A stretch of 64,000 bases of DNA from Spirochaetia bacterium (lineage in GTDB: Bacteria; Spirochaetota; Spirochaetia; SZUA-6; Bin103): assembly GCA_965198005.1 (NCBI GenBank), contig CBDAOI010000004.1, forward strand, positions 2,272,001-2,336,000, read 5' to 3'. Of the stretch, positions 51,899 through 61,895 are shown piece by piece. The notes below the pieces were generated by a model, which worked only from the letters and a program-made list of their open reading frames with translations, did not search any database and was not told the origin of the DNA. Each line of letters begins with the position of its first letter. Position 1 is the first letter of the stretch. The translations under genes and the position numbers were made by a program.

Positions 51899-52258
51899 CT
51901 AAGTCCGGCCGGTCAGGTAGTCCGGCGGCGTGGCCGCGAGAAAATCCGCGCGCGGCGGGCTGAAGATGTCGATCACCACCGCGTCCTCCAGCACCTCGGC
52001 GTCATGCGGCGTATCTGACGGAATCACCCGGATGGCGCCCGCCCCAAGCGTCACCTCCTCCCCGCCGATCGTCATCCTGATGCGCCCCGACTCGACCACC
52101 ACCACCTGCTCGTGCGGATGGCGGTGCTGCGCGACGTAGCCGCCCATGGTGAACTCCCACCGCACCAGCATCACCTTGTCGCCGTGGATGATGCGCCGGC
52201 TGATGAGGTTCGAGATCCGCTCGCGCGGGACCGCGGCCCAACTCGTGGTCTGTCCCAT
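51899..52258 (-). CDS. Cupin domain protein
   Basis: HRHPHEQ...G...IPSDTPH, IDIFSPPRADF. Confidence 0.9.
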   Translation of the reverse strand: MGQTTSWAAVPRERISNLISRRIIHGDKVMLVRWEFTMGGYVAQHRHPHEQVVVVESGRIRMTIGGEEVTLGAGAIRVIPSDTPHDAEVLEDAVVIDIFSPPRADFLAATPPDYLTGRT

Positions 52259-52475
52259 AGCCGGATGATAGCAGACAGCGGGCCCAAGCGCATGGCGGAC
52301 GCCGCGCGCCGCGGCAGCGTTGGGCAGACCGCGCCGGACCGGTTACCATAGGGGCTAGGCGTCCATGAGCAACCACCGCCCCCCGCGCCCGGGAAACCGC
52401 GCCGCGCGCACCCAATCACGACCCTCCCGCGCGGGCGGCAGGGGTTCCCGCGCGCGCCCACCGCGCCGCGAAGCG

Positions 52476-54257
52476 ATGCGCGCCCTGGTGCGCAGTCTGC
52501 GGTTTCTGCTGCGCTACCGCTGGAGCGCCGCGGTGAGCCTGGCATGCCTGCTGGCGGACGCCGCCGGCAACCTGGCGGTGCCGCGCCTGACGCAGCAGAT
52601 CGTCGACCGCGGCATTCTGGAGCAGCGCTTCACGGTGATCATGGCCGGCTCGCTGGTAATCGTGGCGGTCACCGCGTTGCGCGCCCTGTTCACGTTTCTG
52701 GCGGGGGTGCTGGCGGCGCGCATGTCGCAGGGAGTGGCCTACGACCTGCGCAACGCCCTGTACGACCACATCCAGAGCCTCTCGTTCAGCTATCACGACC
52801 GCGCCCAGACCGGCCAGCTTCTGACGCGCGCTACCAGCGACGTGGACATGGTGCGCACTTTCATCAGCACCGGCGTGACGCAGGTGGTGACGACCGTGAT
52901 CCTGCTGCTCGGCAGCATGTACCTGCTGTTCGCGACCAACTGGCGGCTGGCGCTGCTGGTGGTGCCGATCATGCTCGGAGTGATCGTGATCTTCAGCTAC
53001 ATGGCGAAGATAGGGCAGCCGTTGTTCCGTTCCATTCAGGAAAAAGTCGCCGCGCTGAACACCCGCCTGCAGGAGAACGTGGTCGGCATCCGCGTGGTCA
53101 AGGCGTTCACCGGCGCCCGCCGCGAGCAGGAGCGGTTCGACCGCGCCAACCGGGAACTGTACGCCGAGACCCTGCACGCGGGCCGCATCTTCGTGCTGGC
53201 CATCCCCCTGGTGTTCGCCATGGCGAACTTCGGCACCCTGGCCGTGACCTGGGGCGGCGGCATCCAGATTCTGGCCCAGCGCCTGACCATCGGCGAGCTG
53301 GTGGCATTTCAGGGCTATCTGATCGTGGCCATGTTCCCGATCATGATGCTCGGCATGATCATGATGTCGATCTCGCAGGCGTCAGCCAGCGCGGAACGGA
53401 TCTTCGAGATTCTCGATGCCCAATCGGACGTGCAGGAGAGACCGGATGCCGCGACCCTGACGCCGCTGCGCCGGGGGCTGGCGTTCGAGGAGGTCGGATT
53501 CCGCTACTTCCGCACCGGCGCCCCGGTGCTGCAGGAGGTCAGCTTTTCCACGGGGGCGGCGGAGACGCTCGCCATCGTGGGCGCCACCGGGTCGGGCAAG
53601 AGCACCATCATCAACCTGATCCCGCGCTTCTACGACGTCACCGCGGGGCGCATTACCATTGACGGCATCGACCTGCGCGCCGTCACCCTGACGTCGCTGC
53701 GCCGGCAGATCGGGATCGTGCTGGAAGAGACCACCCTGTTCGGCGGCACGATCCGTGAGAACGTCGCCTACGGCCGGCCGGACGCATCCGACGCCGAGAT
53801 CGAGCGCGCGGCCCGCGCCGCCGCGGCGCACGACTTCATCAGCGCGTTCGCCGACGGCTACGATTCGGTGGTGGGCGAGCGCGGCGTGACCCTCTCGGGC
53901 GGCCAGAAACAACGGATCTCGATCGCTCGCGCGCTGCTGATCCAGCCCCGGATTCTGATTCTCGACGACAGCACCAGCAACGTCGACTACGAGACCGAGA
54001 TTCGGATCCGCGACGCGCTGGAGGGATTGAAACGGGAGCGGCTGGCGTTCGTGATCGCCAGCCGCATGAGCACGGTGATGGCGGCCGATCGCGTGCTGCT
54101 GCTGCACGAGGGCCGGGTGGCCGGGCTGGGCGACCATCACCGGTTGCTGCACGACAACCCGCTGTACGCCGAGATCTTCTATGCGCAACTCACGGAGTCG
54201 CAACCGGACGCCGCCGCGGAAGGCGCCGCCGCGACTGCCGGGAGGCAGCGTCCGTGA
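52476..54257 (+). CDS. Heterodimeric ABC exporter, TM+NBD subunit with degenerate catalytic site
   Basis: GATGSGKST, LSGGQKQR, ILDDSTS (Asp for the catalytic Glu), IASR (no switch His). Confidence 0.92.
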   Translation: MRALVRSLRFLLRYRWSAAVSLACLLADAAGNLAVPRLTQQIVDRGILEQRFTVIMAGSLVIVAVTALRALFTFLAGVLAARMSQGVAYDLRNALYDHIQSLSFSYHDRAQTGQLLTRATSDVDMVRTFISTGVTQVVTTVILLLGSMYLLFATNWRLALLVVPIMLGVIVIFSYMAKIGQPLFRSIQEKVAALNTRLQENVVGIRVVKAFTGARREQERFDRANRELYAETLHAGRIFVLAIPLVFAMANFGTLAVTWGGGIQILAQRLTIGELVAFQGYLIVAMFPIMMLGMIMMSISQASASAERIFEILDAQSDVQERPDAATLTPLRRGLAFEEVGFRYFRTGAPVLQEVSFSTGAAETLAIVGATGSGKSTIINLIPRFYDVTAGRITIDGIDLRAVTLTSLRRQIGIVLEETTLFGGTIRENVAYGRPDASDAEIERAARAAAAHDFISAFADGYDSVVGERGVTLSGGQKQRISIARALLIQPRILILDDSTSNVDYETEIRIRDALEGLKRERLAFVIASRMSTVMAADRVLLLHEGRVAGLGDHHRLLHDNPLYAEIFYAQLTESQPDAAAEGAAATAGRQRP

Positions 54258-56098
54258 GCACGTCGCGTCCGTCGACGACAACGTCGATGCAGGGCCGGGG
54301 CCGGATGGGCATGGCCCCGTTCCAGTTCCACAGCGACGAGCACGCGGCGCACGTGGGCCGGACGCTGCGGCGCATGTTCGGCTACATGAGCACGATGCGG
54401 CTGGCGTTGATCCTGGTGGTGGTGCTGGCGGTGGCCGCGGCGATTACCGAGGCCGCGGCGCCCCTGCTGATCGCCCGCGGCGTGGACCAGCTCGAGGCGT
54501 TCCTGGACGGCGAAATTCCCGCCGGCCGCATCGGCTCCCTGTTCGCCGGCACCATGCTGCTGGTCCTGGCCCTCTACCTCGCAGGCTGGCTCACCAGCGC
54601 CGGCAGCCGCTACGCGCTGGTGGCGGTGGGTCAGCGGATGCTGCGGGAGCTGCGCACCCAGATCATGACCCGGGTGAATATGCTGTCGTTGAGCTACTTC
54701 GACCGCCACCAGACGGGCGATCTGCTGTCGCGCCTGACCAACGACACCGACGTGATCAACCGGGTGGTCGGCTGGGGCCTGTCGCGGCTGATGTCCAGTT
54801 TCCTCATGCTGTTCGCGATCCTGATCGGCATGCTGATGCTCAACTGGCGGCTCGCCCTGGCCAGCTTCCTGCTGTTGCCGATGATGTACGTCAGCACCGT
54901 GCTCTTCTCCAAGCGGGCGCGGAAGGCGTTTCGCGAGACCCGCAAGACGATCAGCGGCGTGAGCACCGAGCTGGAGCAGAACATCTCCGGCGCCCGCGTG
55001 GCGCAGGCATTCAACCGGCAGGCACTGAACTCGAGCAGCTTCCGAGAGCTGAACCGCGCCAACCGCGACGCCAACGTCGGCGCGGAGTCGCTGACCGCGG
55101 CGTTCGCCCCCACCATGGACCTGATCGGCGCCGTGGGGATCGCGGTGGTGCTGGCGTACGGCGGCTACCTGGCCGGCGTCGGGCTGGTCACGATCGGGGC
55201 GATCGTGGCCTTTCTCACCTACGTGCGGCGCATGTTCGAGCCGGTGCGCGCGATTTCGATGCTCTGGGCCCACCTGCAATCGTCGATCGCCGGCGCCGAG
55301 CGGATCTTCGAGCTGCTCGACGAGCAGCCGCAGGTGCGCGATCGGCCGGATGCGCTGCCGCTGGCGGTGGCGGCGGGACGGGTGGAGCTGCGCAACGTCC
55401 AGTTCGCGTACGAGGCGCACACGCCGGTGCTGCAGGGGCTGAGCCTGGTGGCGGAGCCGGGGCAGACCGTGGCCCTGGTGGGGCCGACCGGGGCCGGCAA
55501 GACCACCATCATCAGCCTGCTGGAACGGTTCTACGACGTCGACGGCGGCGCAGTGACGATCGACCGGCAGGATATCCGCGGCGTCACCCAGGACAGCCTG
55601 CGGAGTTGCATCAGCATCGTGCTGCAGGACACTTTCCTGTTCGCGGACTCGATTCGGAGCAACATCCGCTATGGCCGGCCCGACGCCGGCGACGCCGAGG
55701 TCGAGGCCGCGGCGCGGCGCGCGCGGGCGCACGACTTCATCGCCCAGCTACCGGACGGCTACGACACCGAGCTGCAGGAGGGCGCGACCAATCTCAGCCG
55801 CGGCCAGCGGCAGTTGGTCGCGATCGCCCGCGCGCTGCTCAAGGATCCGCGCATCCTGGTGCTGGACGAGGCCACCTCGAACGTGGATACCCGTACCGAG
55901 CTGTTGATTCAGGAAGCGCTGGGCGAGCTGCTGCAGGGGCGCACCAGCTTCGTGATCGCCCACCGTCTCAGCACCATTCGGCGGGCGGACCGAATCTACG
56001 TGATCGACGCCGGCCGGGTGGCCGAGTCCGGCACCCACGAGCAACTGCTGCACGCCGGCGGCATCTACGCCCGCATCCACCAGAGCCAATTCCGTTAG
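54254..56098 (+). CDS. Heterodimeric ABC exporter, TM+NBD subunit with consensus Walker B and His
   Basis: GPTGAGKTT, LSRGQRQ, VLDEATS, IAHRLST. GTGA overlap with its partner. Confidence 0.93.
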   Translation: MSTSRPSTTTSMQGRGRMGMAPFQFHSDEHAAHVGRTLRRMFGYMSTMRLALILVVVLAVAAAITEAAAPLLIARGVDQLEAFLDGEIPAGRIGSLFAGTMLLVLALYLAGWLTSAGSRYALVAVGQRMLRELRTQIMTRVNMLSLSYFDRHQTGDLLSRLTNDTDVINRVVGWGLSRLMSSFLMLFAILIGMLMLNWRLALASFLLLPMMYVSTVLFSKRARKAFRETRKTISGVSTELEQNISGARVAQAFNRQALNSSSFRELNRANRDANVGAESLTAAFAPTMDLIGAVGIAVVLAYGGYLAGVGLVTIGAIVAFLTYVRRMFEPVRAISMLWAHLQSSIAGAERIFELLDEQPQVRDRPDALPLAVAAGRVELRNVQFAYEAHTPVLQGLSLVAEPGQTVALVGPTGAGKTTIISLLERFYDVDGGAVTIDRQDIRGVTQDSLRSCISIVLQDTFLFADSIRSNIRYGRPDAGDAEVEAAARRARAHDFIAQLPDGYDTELQEGATNLSRGQRQLVAIARALLKDPRILVLDEATSNVDTRTELLIQEALGELLQGRTSFVIAHRLSTIRRADRIYVIDAGRVAESGTHEQLLHAGGIYARIHQSQFR

Positions 56099-56123
56099 CT
56101 GGCAGGTGATGCCCCGTGCGGAC

Positions 56124-57023
56124 TCAGATCGGCCGCGGGTCACGGCGGCCGCGCTGACCGAGCCCGGCGCCGCCGAACCGCCCCATCCGTCCGCGCAGCC
56201 GCGGGTCGAGCAGGTCGCGCACCGCGTCGCCCACCATGTTGAGGCAGTACACCGTCACCGTCAGGAACAGACCAGGCCACAGCGCCAGCCGCGGCGCCAG
56301 CCCCATGTACCTCCGCCCTTCGCGGCTCAGCATGCCGCCCCAGCTCGGTACGTTCACCGGCAGGCCGAAGCCGAGAAAGCTCAAGCTGGCCTCGGCGATG
56401 ATCACGCTGCCGACGTTGATGCTGAAGATCACGATCAGCGGCGCGGCGATGTTGGGCAGCACGTGGCGAATCAGGGTCCATGGCCGGCGCGCGCCGGCCG
56501 CCTCCGCGGCCTGGAAGTAGACGTTCTCCTTGACGCCGATCACCGCGCCCCGCACCACCCGCGACGCCGGAATCCCGCCGGTGACGCCGAGCACCACGAT
56601 CACCGTGACGATGCTGCGATCGACGAACGACATGATGGTGAGTAGCAGCAGCAATCCCGGGAACGACATCCACGCGTCGACGAAGCGCTGGGTGTAGACG
56701 TCGACCCTGCCGCCGATGAAGCCCGTGGTGCCGCCTATCAGCAGCGCCACGATGGTGTTCAGCACGGTCGCCGTCAGTCCCACCAGCAGCGACACCTGAG
56801 CGCCCTTGAGGATCCGCGCCAGCACGTCGCGGCCGGCGTGATCGGTGCCGAGCGGGTGCTCGGCCGAGGGCGCCTGCAAGCGGTCCTGCACGCGGCCGAT
56901 GTCGTACTCGTGCGGCGTCAGCCGCTCGGCGAAGATGGCGACGAAGATCAGCCCCAACAGAACGGCGCCGGCAGCGGCGCCGAGCGGCTGCTGCCGCAGC
57001 AGTCGACGGAAGAAGTCAGTCAA
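56124..57023 (-). CDS. Peptide ABC permease (DppC type); true start uncertain
   Basis: HPLGTDHAGRD, HVLPN, EASLSFLGFG, GDAVRDLLDPR. Confidence 0.88.
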   Translation of the reverse strand: MTDFFRRLLRQQPLGAAAGAVLLGLIFVAIFAERLTPHEYDIGRVQDRLQAPSAEHPLGTDHAGRDVLARILKGAQVSLLVGLTATVLNTIVALLIGGTTGFIGGRVDVYTQRFVDAWMSFPGLLLLLTIMSFVDRSIVTVIVVLGVTGGIPASRVVRGAVIGVKENVYFQAAEAAGARRPWTLIRHVLPNIAAPLIVIFSINVGSVIIAEASLSFLGFGLPVNVPSWGGMLSREGRRYMGLAPRLALWPGLFLTVTVYCLNMVGDAVRDLLDPRLRGRMGRFGGAGLGQRGRRDPRPI

Positions 57024-57079
57024 GGGTCGACGCCGGCCGCGTCACGCGCCGCCTCACCCACCGGAGCGCCGCTCGCGTC

Positions 57080-57127
57080 AATGGTGGGGATGACCAGCAG
57101 CACCCGCCTGATCAGATACGCACGCAC
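57080..57127 (-). pseudogene. First 16 codons of a DppB-type permease; remainder deleted
   Basis: GGAGGTGA RBS, then GTG giving MRAYLIRRVLLVIPTI (compare MRAYIVRRLLLIIPTL at 1072). Confidence 0.75.
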
Positions 57128-57162
57128 GTCAGCTCACCTCCACACTCGGTTGCACAAGAAAA

Positions 57163-57199
57163 CGGGGTGGCAGGTCGGCAGGTCGTCCCCGCCACCCCG
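57163..57199. promoter_or_regulatory. Intercistronic stem-loop between the SBP and the permease
   Basis: CGGGGTGGC/GCCACCCCG 9-bp stem. Confidence 0.5.
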
Positions 57200-57227
57200 C
57201 GTCCGTTGGACCGTGTGCCGGCCGGGG

Positions 57228-58569
57228 TCAGTACCCCATTTCCCGCTTCAGGTCCTGGTCGAGCCAGATCCGCACGAGAACCTCGTTGCCAATGTCCCCG
57301 ATGGTCCTCTCGCCGTTCCAGCCCTTGACCCAGGGGTTGGCCAGCTGGAAATTCGGCGCCTTGTGGCCGTAGACCTGGAAGTGCTGCCGCATGATGTAAT
57401 CGTCGAACTCTTTCATGATCGCCGGTGGACATCTCGTAGAGCCCGCGGGCACGGCGATCGACCCAGGCGCCGGTGTCCATGACCGTGATCTCCACCTCCA
57501 CGCCGATTTCCTTCCAGTAGCCGGCCACGATCTCGACCCATCCGAGGTCGATCACATCGCGGTGGTCGTAGGTGACCTTGAACCGCACCCCGGCCGCGCC
57601 GCGCGCGTAGCCGGCCTCGTCGAGCAAGCGCTCGGCGTCCTGCGGATTGTAGGAGTACTCCGCCTGCAGATCCGCGGGCCGCTCCTCGAACGGAGTGTGC
57701 ATCTCGCCGAGCGCGGCGCCGACCCAGCCCTGCACCGTCGGGTAGGCGTACCCGCCGAAGTAGCTCTCGTTGATGGCATCGCGGTCGATGGCCATGTTCA
57801 TGGCCTTGCGCACGCGGACATCGTCGAACGGCGGCCGGCGGATGTTCATGCCCGAAACCTGAAAGGCGCGATCATAGAACGGGAATGCCTGAATGTCGGG
57901 GTTGGTCTCCGGTGGCAGGATCCAGACGCCGACCTCGGTGAGTACGTGGTTTGGCAAATCCAGGCGCGGCTCGGTCAGCTTGAACTCGACCGTGTACCGG
58001 TCGGTGGCCTCGATGAACTCCCACGGAAAGTTGCGGAGGGCGTAGGTGTACTCCGGCTTCCAGTCGAGCAGGCCACCGATACGGCGGTAGGTCCAGGCGA
58101 CGTCTTCGGCGGTCAGCTCGCGCCCGTTGACCGGCGGCTTGTCGTGCCAGTAAACGCCCTGCCGGACCTTGACGATGAACGTCTGCGGGTCGGGATTCGA
58201 CCAGCTCTCTGCCAGCCACCCGGTGAGTATCCGGAGCGGTCTGTACCAAGAGGTAAAGTCCCACTCGTCTCGCGGCGTGGCCCAGTTGGCGTGCGCCAGC
58301 TTCTCATTAACCGTCTGGATCTGAAAGCCGGCCCAGTGTCCGCCGATCGACGGATCCTGGTCCAAGAGCTCGTTCTTGGATGCGATGGTGAGGGTGCCGC
58401 CGTACTCGGGCGCGGTCACCATCTTGCCGGTGGCCGGGTCGCGCACCATCTCTTTCTCCATCGCCGCGGCCGGCTCCTCTTCCCCGGCCGCGCTCGCCCA
58501 GATGCCGGTCGCGGCCAGGACCAAGACCAACGCAACCGCGAAGATCATTTTGATGTTTACAATGTGCAT
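57228..58569 (-). pseudogene. Peptide ABC substrate-binding protein with internal deletions and a frameshift
   Basis: Signal plus EEEPAAAMEKEMVRDPATGKMVTAPEYGG. In-frame jump ILPPE|TNPD at ~57908. Out-of-frame jump at ~57423 to MKEFDDY...DQDLKREMGY. Confidence 0.82.
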
Positions 58570-59277
58570 ACGTAACTCCGTATGTTGGTTTCTATTGAGA
58601 GTATTGCGGAGCGACTTGCCGCTCCCTGCCTACTCTCGCGCCCGCAACGCAGGCGGCCAGTCAGAGTCATATTTGTGACGCGCGCGGCGTGTGACTCACC
58701 GGGTTCACGCCGCGCGCGCGTGCGGTTCTTTGAGTATCATTTGCACCTCCTCATTTGGGTTCTTGGGCCATAGGGTGGCCTGCCAGATGCCCGACGGCGC
58801 GCACCGCCATGCGGGGAGGTAAGTCGGCCGAGCAACGAATGTGATGGACCGGCAACGCCGGCGGTCGGTTCTGCGACGGTGAGTTGGGGCGCGGGATTCC
58901 AGGACCGTTGCGGTGGTCAGCGAAAGAACGTGGACTGAGCCGGCGACACACGCAACGGGCCGCTACCCCGGTGCTGAAGGCGAAGGCCCCCGCGGGGCGA
59001 TCAGCCCGAGCGGCTAGTGATCTACAGGATGTATGAGAGAAGTGGGGGGGTACGGGGTACGATATGATGTACCGGCTGCGTCACTGTCAACCGGCCACTC
59101 CGGCCACTGCGTTGAGTGTCGTCATGGCGCTTCGTCGGCATCCGTTCAACCCCTGAATTCCTCATCGTTCCACGCTCGCCTAAAGATGTCAAGCGCCGGC
59201 TCCGGCCGTCCCGGCCGTCCGGCCGGGGGCTCCGGGGGCAGACGGCCACGCCGGGCTTCGGGTATCCTACAGGCCCG

Positions 59278-60276
59278 ATGCACGATGAGAATTACAAGCG
59301 GATCTTTGCCTTCCCGCGCGTGATCGAAGATCTCCTGCGCGCCTTCATTCCCGGCGACTGGCTCGAGGAGGTCGACTTTGCCACCCTCGGGAAACTGTCG
59401 ACCGAGTACATAAGCGACGAGCTGCTCAAACGCCACGGCGACAACGTATGGCGGATGCGCTTGCGCAAGAACTGGCTGTATCTGTTGTTGCTGGTGGAGT
59501 TCCAATCGACCGACGATCCGTTGATGGCGTTGCGGATACTCACCTACACCGGGCTGCTGTACCAGGAGTTGGCGCGCAACGGCCAGCTCGACGCCGACGG
59601 CCGGCTGCCCGCGGTGCTGCCGCTGGTGCTGTACAACGGCGACGAGCCGTGGGTGTCGCCGCTGCAGATGGGTGAACTGATCGCGCCGGTGGGGCCGTCG
59701 CTGGCGCCATATCAACCGGAGCAGCGTTGCTTCGTGCTTGACGAGCGGCGCCTACAAGCGGACGATTTACCGAGCCGCAACCGGATGAGCGCGGTGATCG
59801 CGTTGGAGCAGAGCCGATCACCGCGCGACGTGGCGCGGGTGGCGGAGATGTTGGCAGCGTGGCTGCCGGACCTGCAGGTGCGGCGGGCGTTCGCGGACTG
59901 GATGCGGCAGATCGTGGAGCGGCTGGTGCCGAGCGGCGTGGAGTTGCCGCCGATACGGAAGTTGGAGGACGTGAGTATGACGTTGGTGGAACGAGCGGCC
60001 GAGTGGTCCAAGGAGTGGCTGAAGGAAGGCCTTGAGCAGGGGATCGAGCAGGGGATCGAGCAGGGGATCGAGCGCGAACGAGTGCTGCTGTGCCGAATGA
60101 CGACGGCGCGCTTCGGCGTGGCCACCGCCGAACGCTTGGCGGAGCTGTTGGCGCCCATCACCGACACGGAGCGTCTGGCCAACGTCGGCGATTGGCTGGT
60201 GCAGTGCGACACCGGCACCGACTTCCTCGCCCGCGTGGGCGCGGCGCCGGCCGGAGGGAACTCGGACAGATCCTGA
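59278..60276 (+). CDS. Rpn family recombination-promoting nuclease/putative transposase
   Basis: MHDENYKRIF, HGDNVWR, LLVEFQS, MALRILTY, PLVLYNG. C-terminal GLEQGIEQGIEQGIE repeats. Confidence 0.92.
   Translation: MHDENYKRIFAFPRVIEDLLRAFIPGDWLEEVDFATLGKLSTEYISDELLKRHGDNVWRMRLRKNWLYLLLLVEFQSTDDPLMALRILTYTGLLYQELARNGQLDADGRLPAVLPLVLYNGDEPWVSPLQMGELIAPVGPSLAPYQPEQRCFVLDERRLQADDLPSRNRMSAVIALEQSRSPRDVARVAEMLAAWLPDLQVRRAFADWMRQIVERLVPSGVELPPIRKLEDVSMTLVERAAEWSKEWLKEGLEQGIEQGIEQGIERERVLLCRMTTARFGVATAERLAELLAPITDTERLANVGDWLVQCDTGTDFLARVGAAPAGGNSDRS
59977..60276 (+). CDS. Putative internal small Rpn antitoxin (RpnS-like), 99 aa
   Basis: GGAGG at 59964-59968, 8 nt before an in-frame ATG at 59977. Confidence 0.5.
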   Translation: MTLVERAAEWSKEWLKEGLEQGIEQGIEQGIERERVLLCRMTTARFGVATAERLAELLAPITDTERLANVGDWLVQCDTGTDFLARVGAAPAGGNSDRS

Positions 60277-60375
60277 GCCAAGTTGGCGTGGTGGGCCCGG
60301 CTGCGCTGCAACACGCGCAGACGGGCGGTCCATCGCCACTGCTGCCCCGACTGACGTATCGGCGCTGACCACTGC

Positions 60376-60551
60376 GCCAAGGGTTTGCGCGAGCGGCTCG
60401 TCGTCGTCCGCCACGCCATGAAGAACGCGCTGATCCCGGTGGTCACCCTCATCGGGCTGCAGCTTCCGATCCTGGTGGGGGGCTCGGTCATCATCGAGAC
60501 GCTGTTTAACTTTAACTTTAACCTGCTGATCGACCTGCTGTACGCCTACCT
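60376..60551 (+). pseudogene. DppB-type permease C-terminal fragment with deletion
   Basis: [59 protein letters not shown]. Confidence 0.82.
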
Positions 60552-60860
60552 GCCTCGGCCAGGATCACGCCGCCGACGTTGATGCTGAAGACGATGATCA
60601 GGGGCGCCACGATATTGGGCAGGACATGGCGCACCAGGACCTGTCGCGTCGGCGCGCCGACCGCCCGGGCGGCCAGAAAAAAATCTCTGCCCTTCGTGGC
60701 CACCACCGCGCCTCTGACCACGCGCGAGCCGCCCACCCCGCCAGCGATCCCGAGCACCACGATGATCTGTGGCAGACCCTGCCCCGCGACCGACATGATC
60801 GTGAGCAACAGCAGCAGCCCCGGGAACGCCATCCAGGCATCGACGAAGCGCTGCACCGCC
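60552..60860 (-). pseudogene. DppC-type permease internal fragment, inverted relative to the dppB scrap
   Basis: QRFVDAWMAFPGLLLLLTIMS...[26 protein letters not shown]. Confidence 0.85.
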
Positions 60861-60947
60861 AGATACTAGCCGACGGCTGGGGTGGATGGCGTAGGTCCCC
60901 ATTCGCGGAGGAGCATAGCCGGCCGTGGTGAATCGAGAGGTGACGCG

Positions 60948-61802
60948 ATGAGATTGGAGGGCAAGGTGGCGCTGGTGAGCGCGGCGGGGCGAGGAATCGG
61001 TCGGGGCATCGTCCTGGCGTTGGCACGCGAGGGGGCCGACATCGCGCTCAACTCATTTAGTGATGAGTCGACCGCGGCGGTGGCGGCCGAGGTCGAGGCC
61101 CTCGGCAGGCGGGTGTTGGCTGTGTCTGGCGACATCACCGCACCGCAGCAGGTGACGGCGCTCGTCGATGGCGCGATCGAGACGCTGGGCGGCATCGACA
61201 TCCTGGTGAACAACGTCGGCGGTGGCGCCCAGGACGCCGTGGACCCAGCGCACGGCCGGCTGGCCGAGGTGGCTGCGGCCTGGGACGGGACCTACCGGCT
61301 CACCCTGCGTGCCCCGGTGCTCATGTCCGAAGCGCTGGCTCCACACTTCTAGGAGCGCAAGGCGGGTCGGATCGTCAACATCGGCTCCAACGCCGGCCGC
61401 TACACCGGCTCGCAGCGGTCGCTCGCCTACGTCTCCTCTCCACAGTACGCGGCCATGAAGACGGCAATCACCAGCTACTCCCAGACCTTGGCGCGGCGGC
61501 TCGGCCCACACGGGGTAACGGTCAACTGTGTGTGCCCGGGCATCGTGCTGACGGACGCCTGGCGCGGGACCTCACGCCGGGTCGTGAAGCAGCTCGAGGA
61601 GTATCGGCACCTTACGCCTGAGGAATGGTTCGCGGGCATCGCCGAGAACAAGTACCCCGATTTCCTGGCGCCGGTTCCCCTCGGCGAGCTGCCAACCATC
61701 GAAGACGTGGCGCAGATGGTGCTGTTCTTCACCGTGCCGGAGTCGCGGCATCTGACTGCGCAGGTGGTCGCGGTTGACAGTGGTCAGGTGATGACCCGCT
61801 GA
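60948..61802 (+). pseudogene. SDR family oxidoreductase with one in-frame TAG (61350-61352)
   Basis: AAGRGIG, LVNNVG, then RIVNIGS, YAAMK and VNCVCPG in the same frame past the stop. Confidence 0.88.
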
Positions 61803-61895
61803 CGGGAGCGTGGCGAAGCTGAAGGTACGACGACACCCGAGGAGGGACGAGAGACTGGCGCGGCTGGCGAGCGAAACCGGTCCCAGGGACAGTGC

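Noticed and set aside
52476..56098. Degenerate Walker B, switch and signature motifs in the ABC exporter as decay
   Set aside because: This asymmetry is the normal pattern of heterodimeric exporters of the TM287/288 type.
61350..61352. In-frame TAG (also at 4580) as stop-codon recoding or pyrrolysine
   Set aside because: TAG terminates intact genes here (960, 2028, 56098). The 4580 TAG aligns with TAC in the intact paralogue, so these are nonsense mutations or errors.
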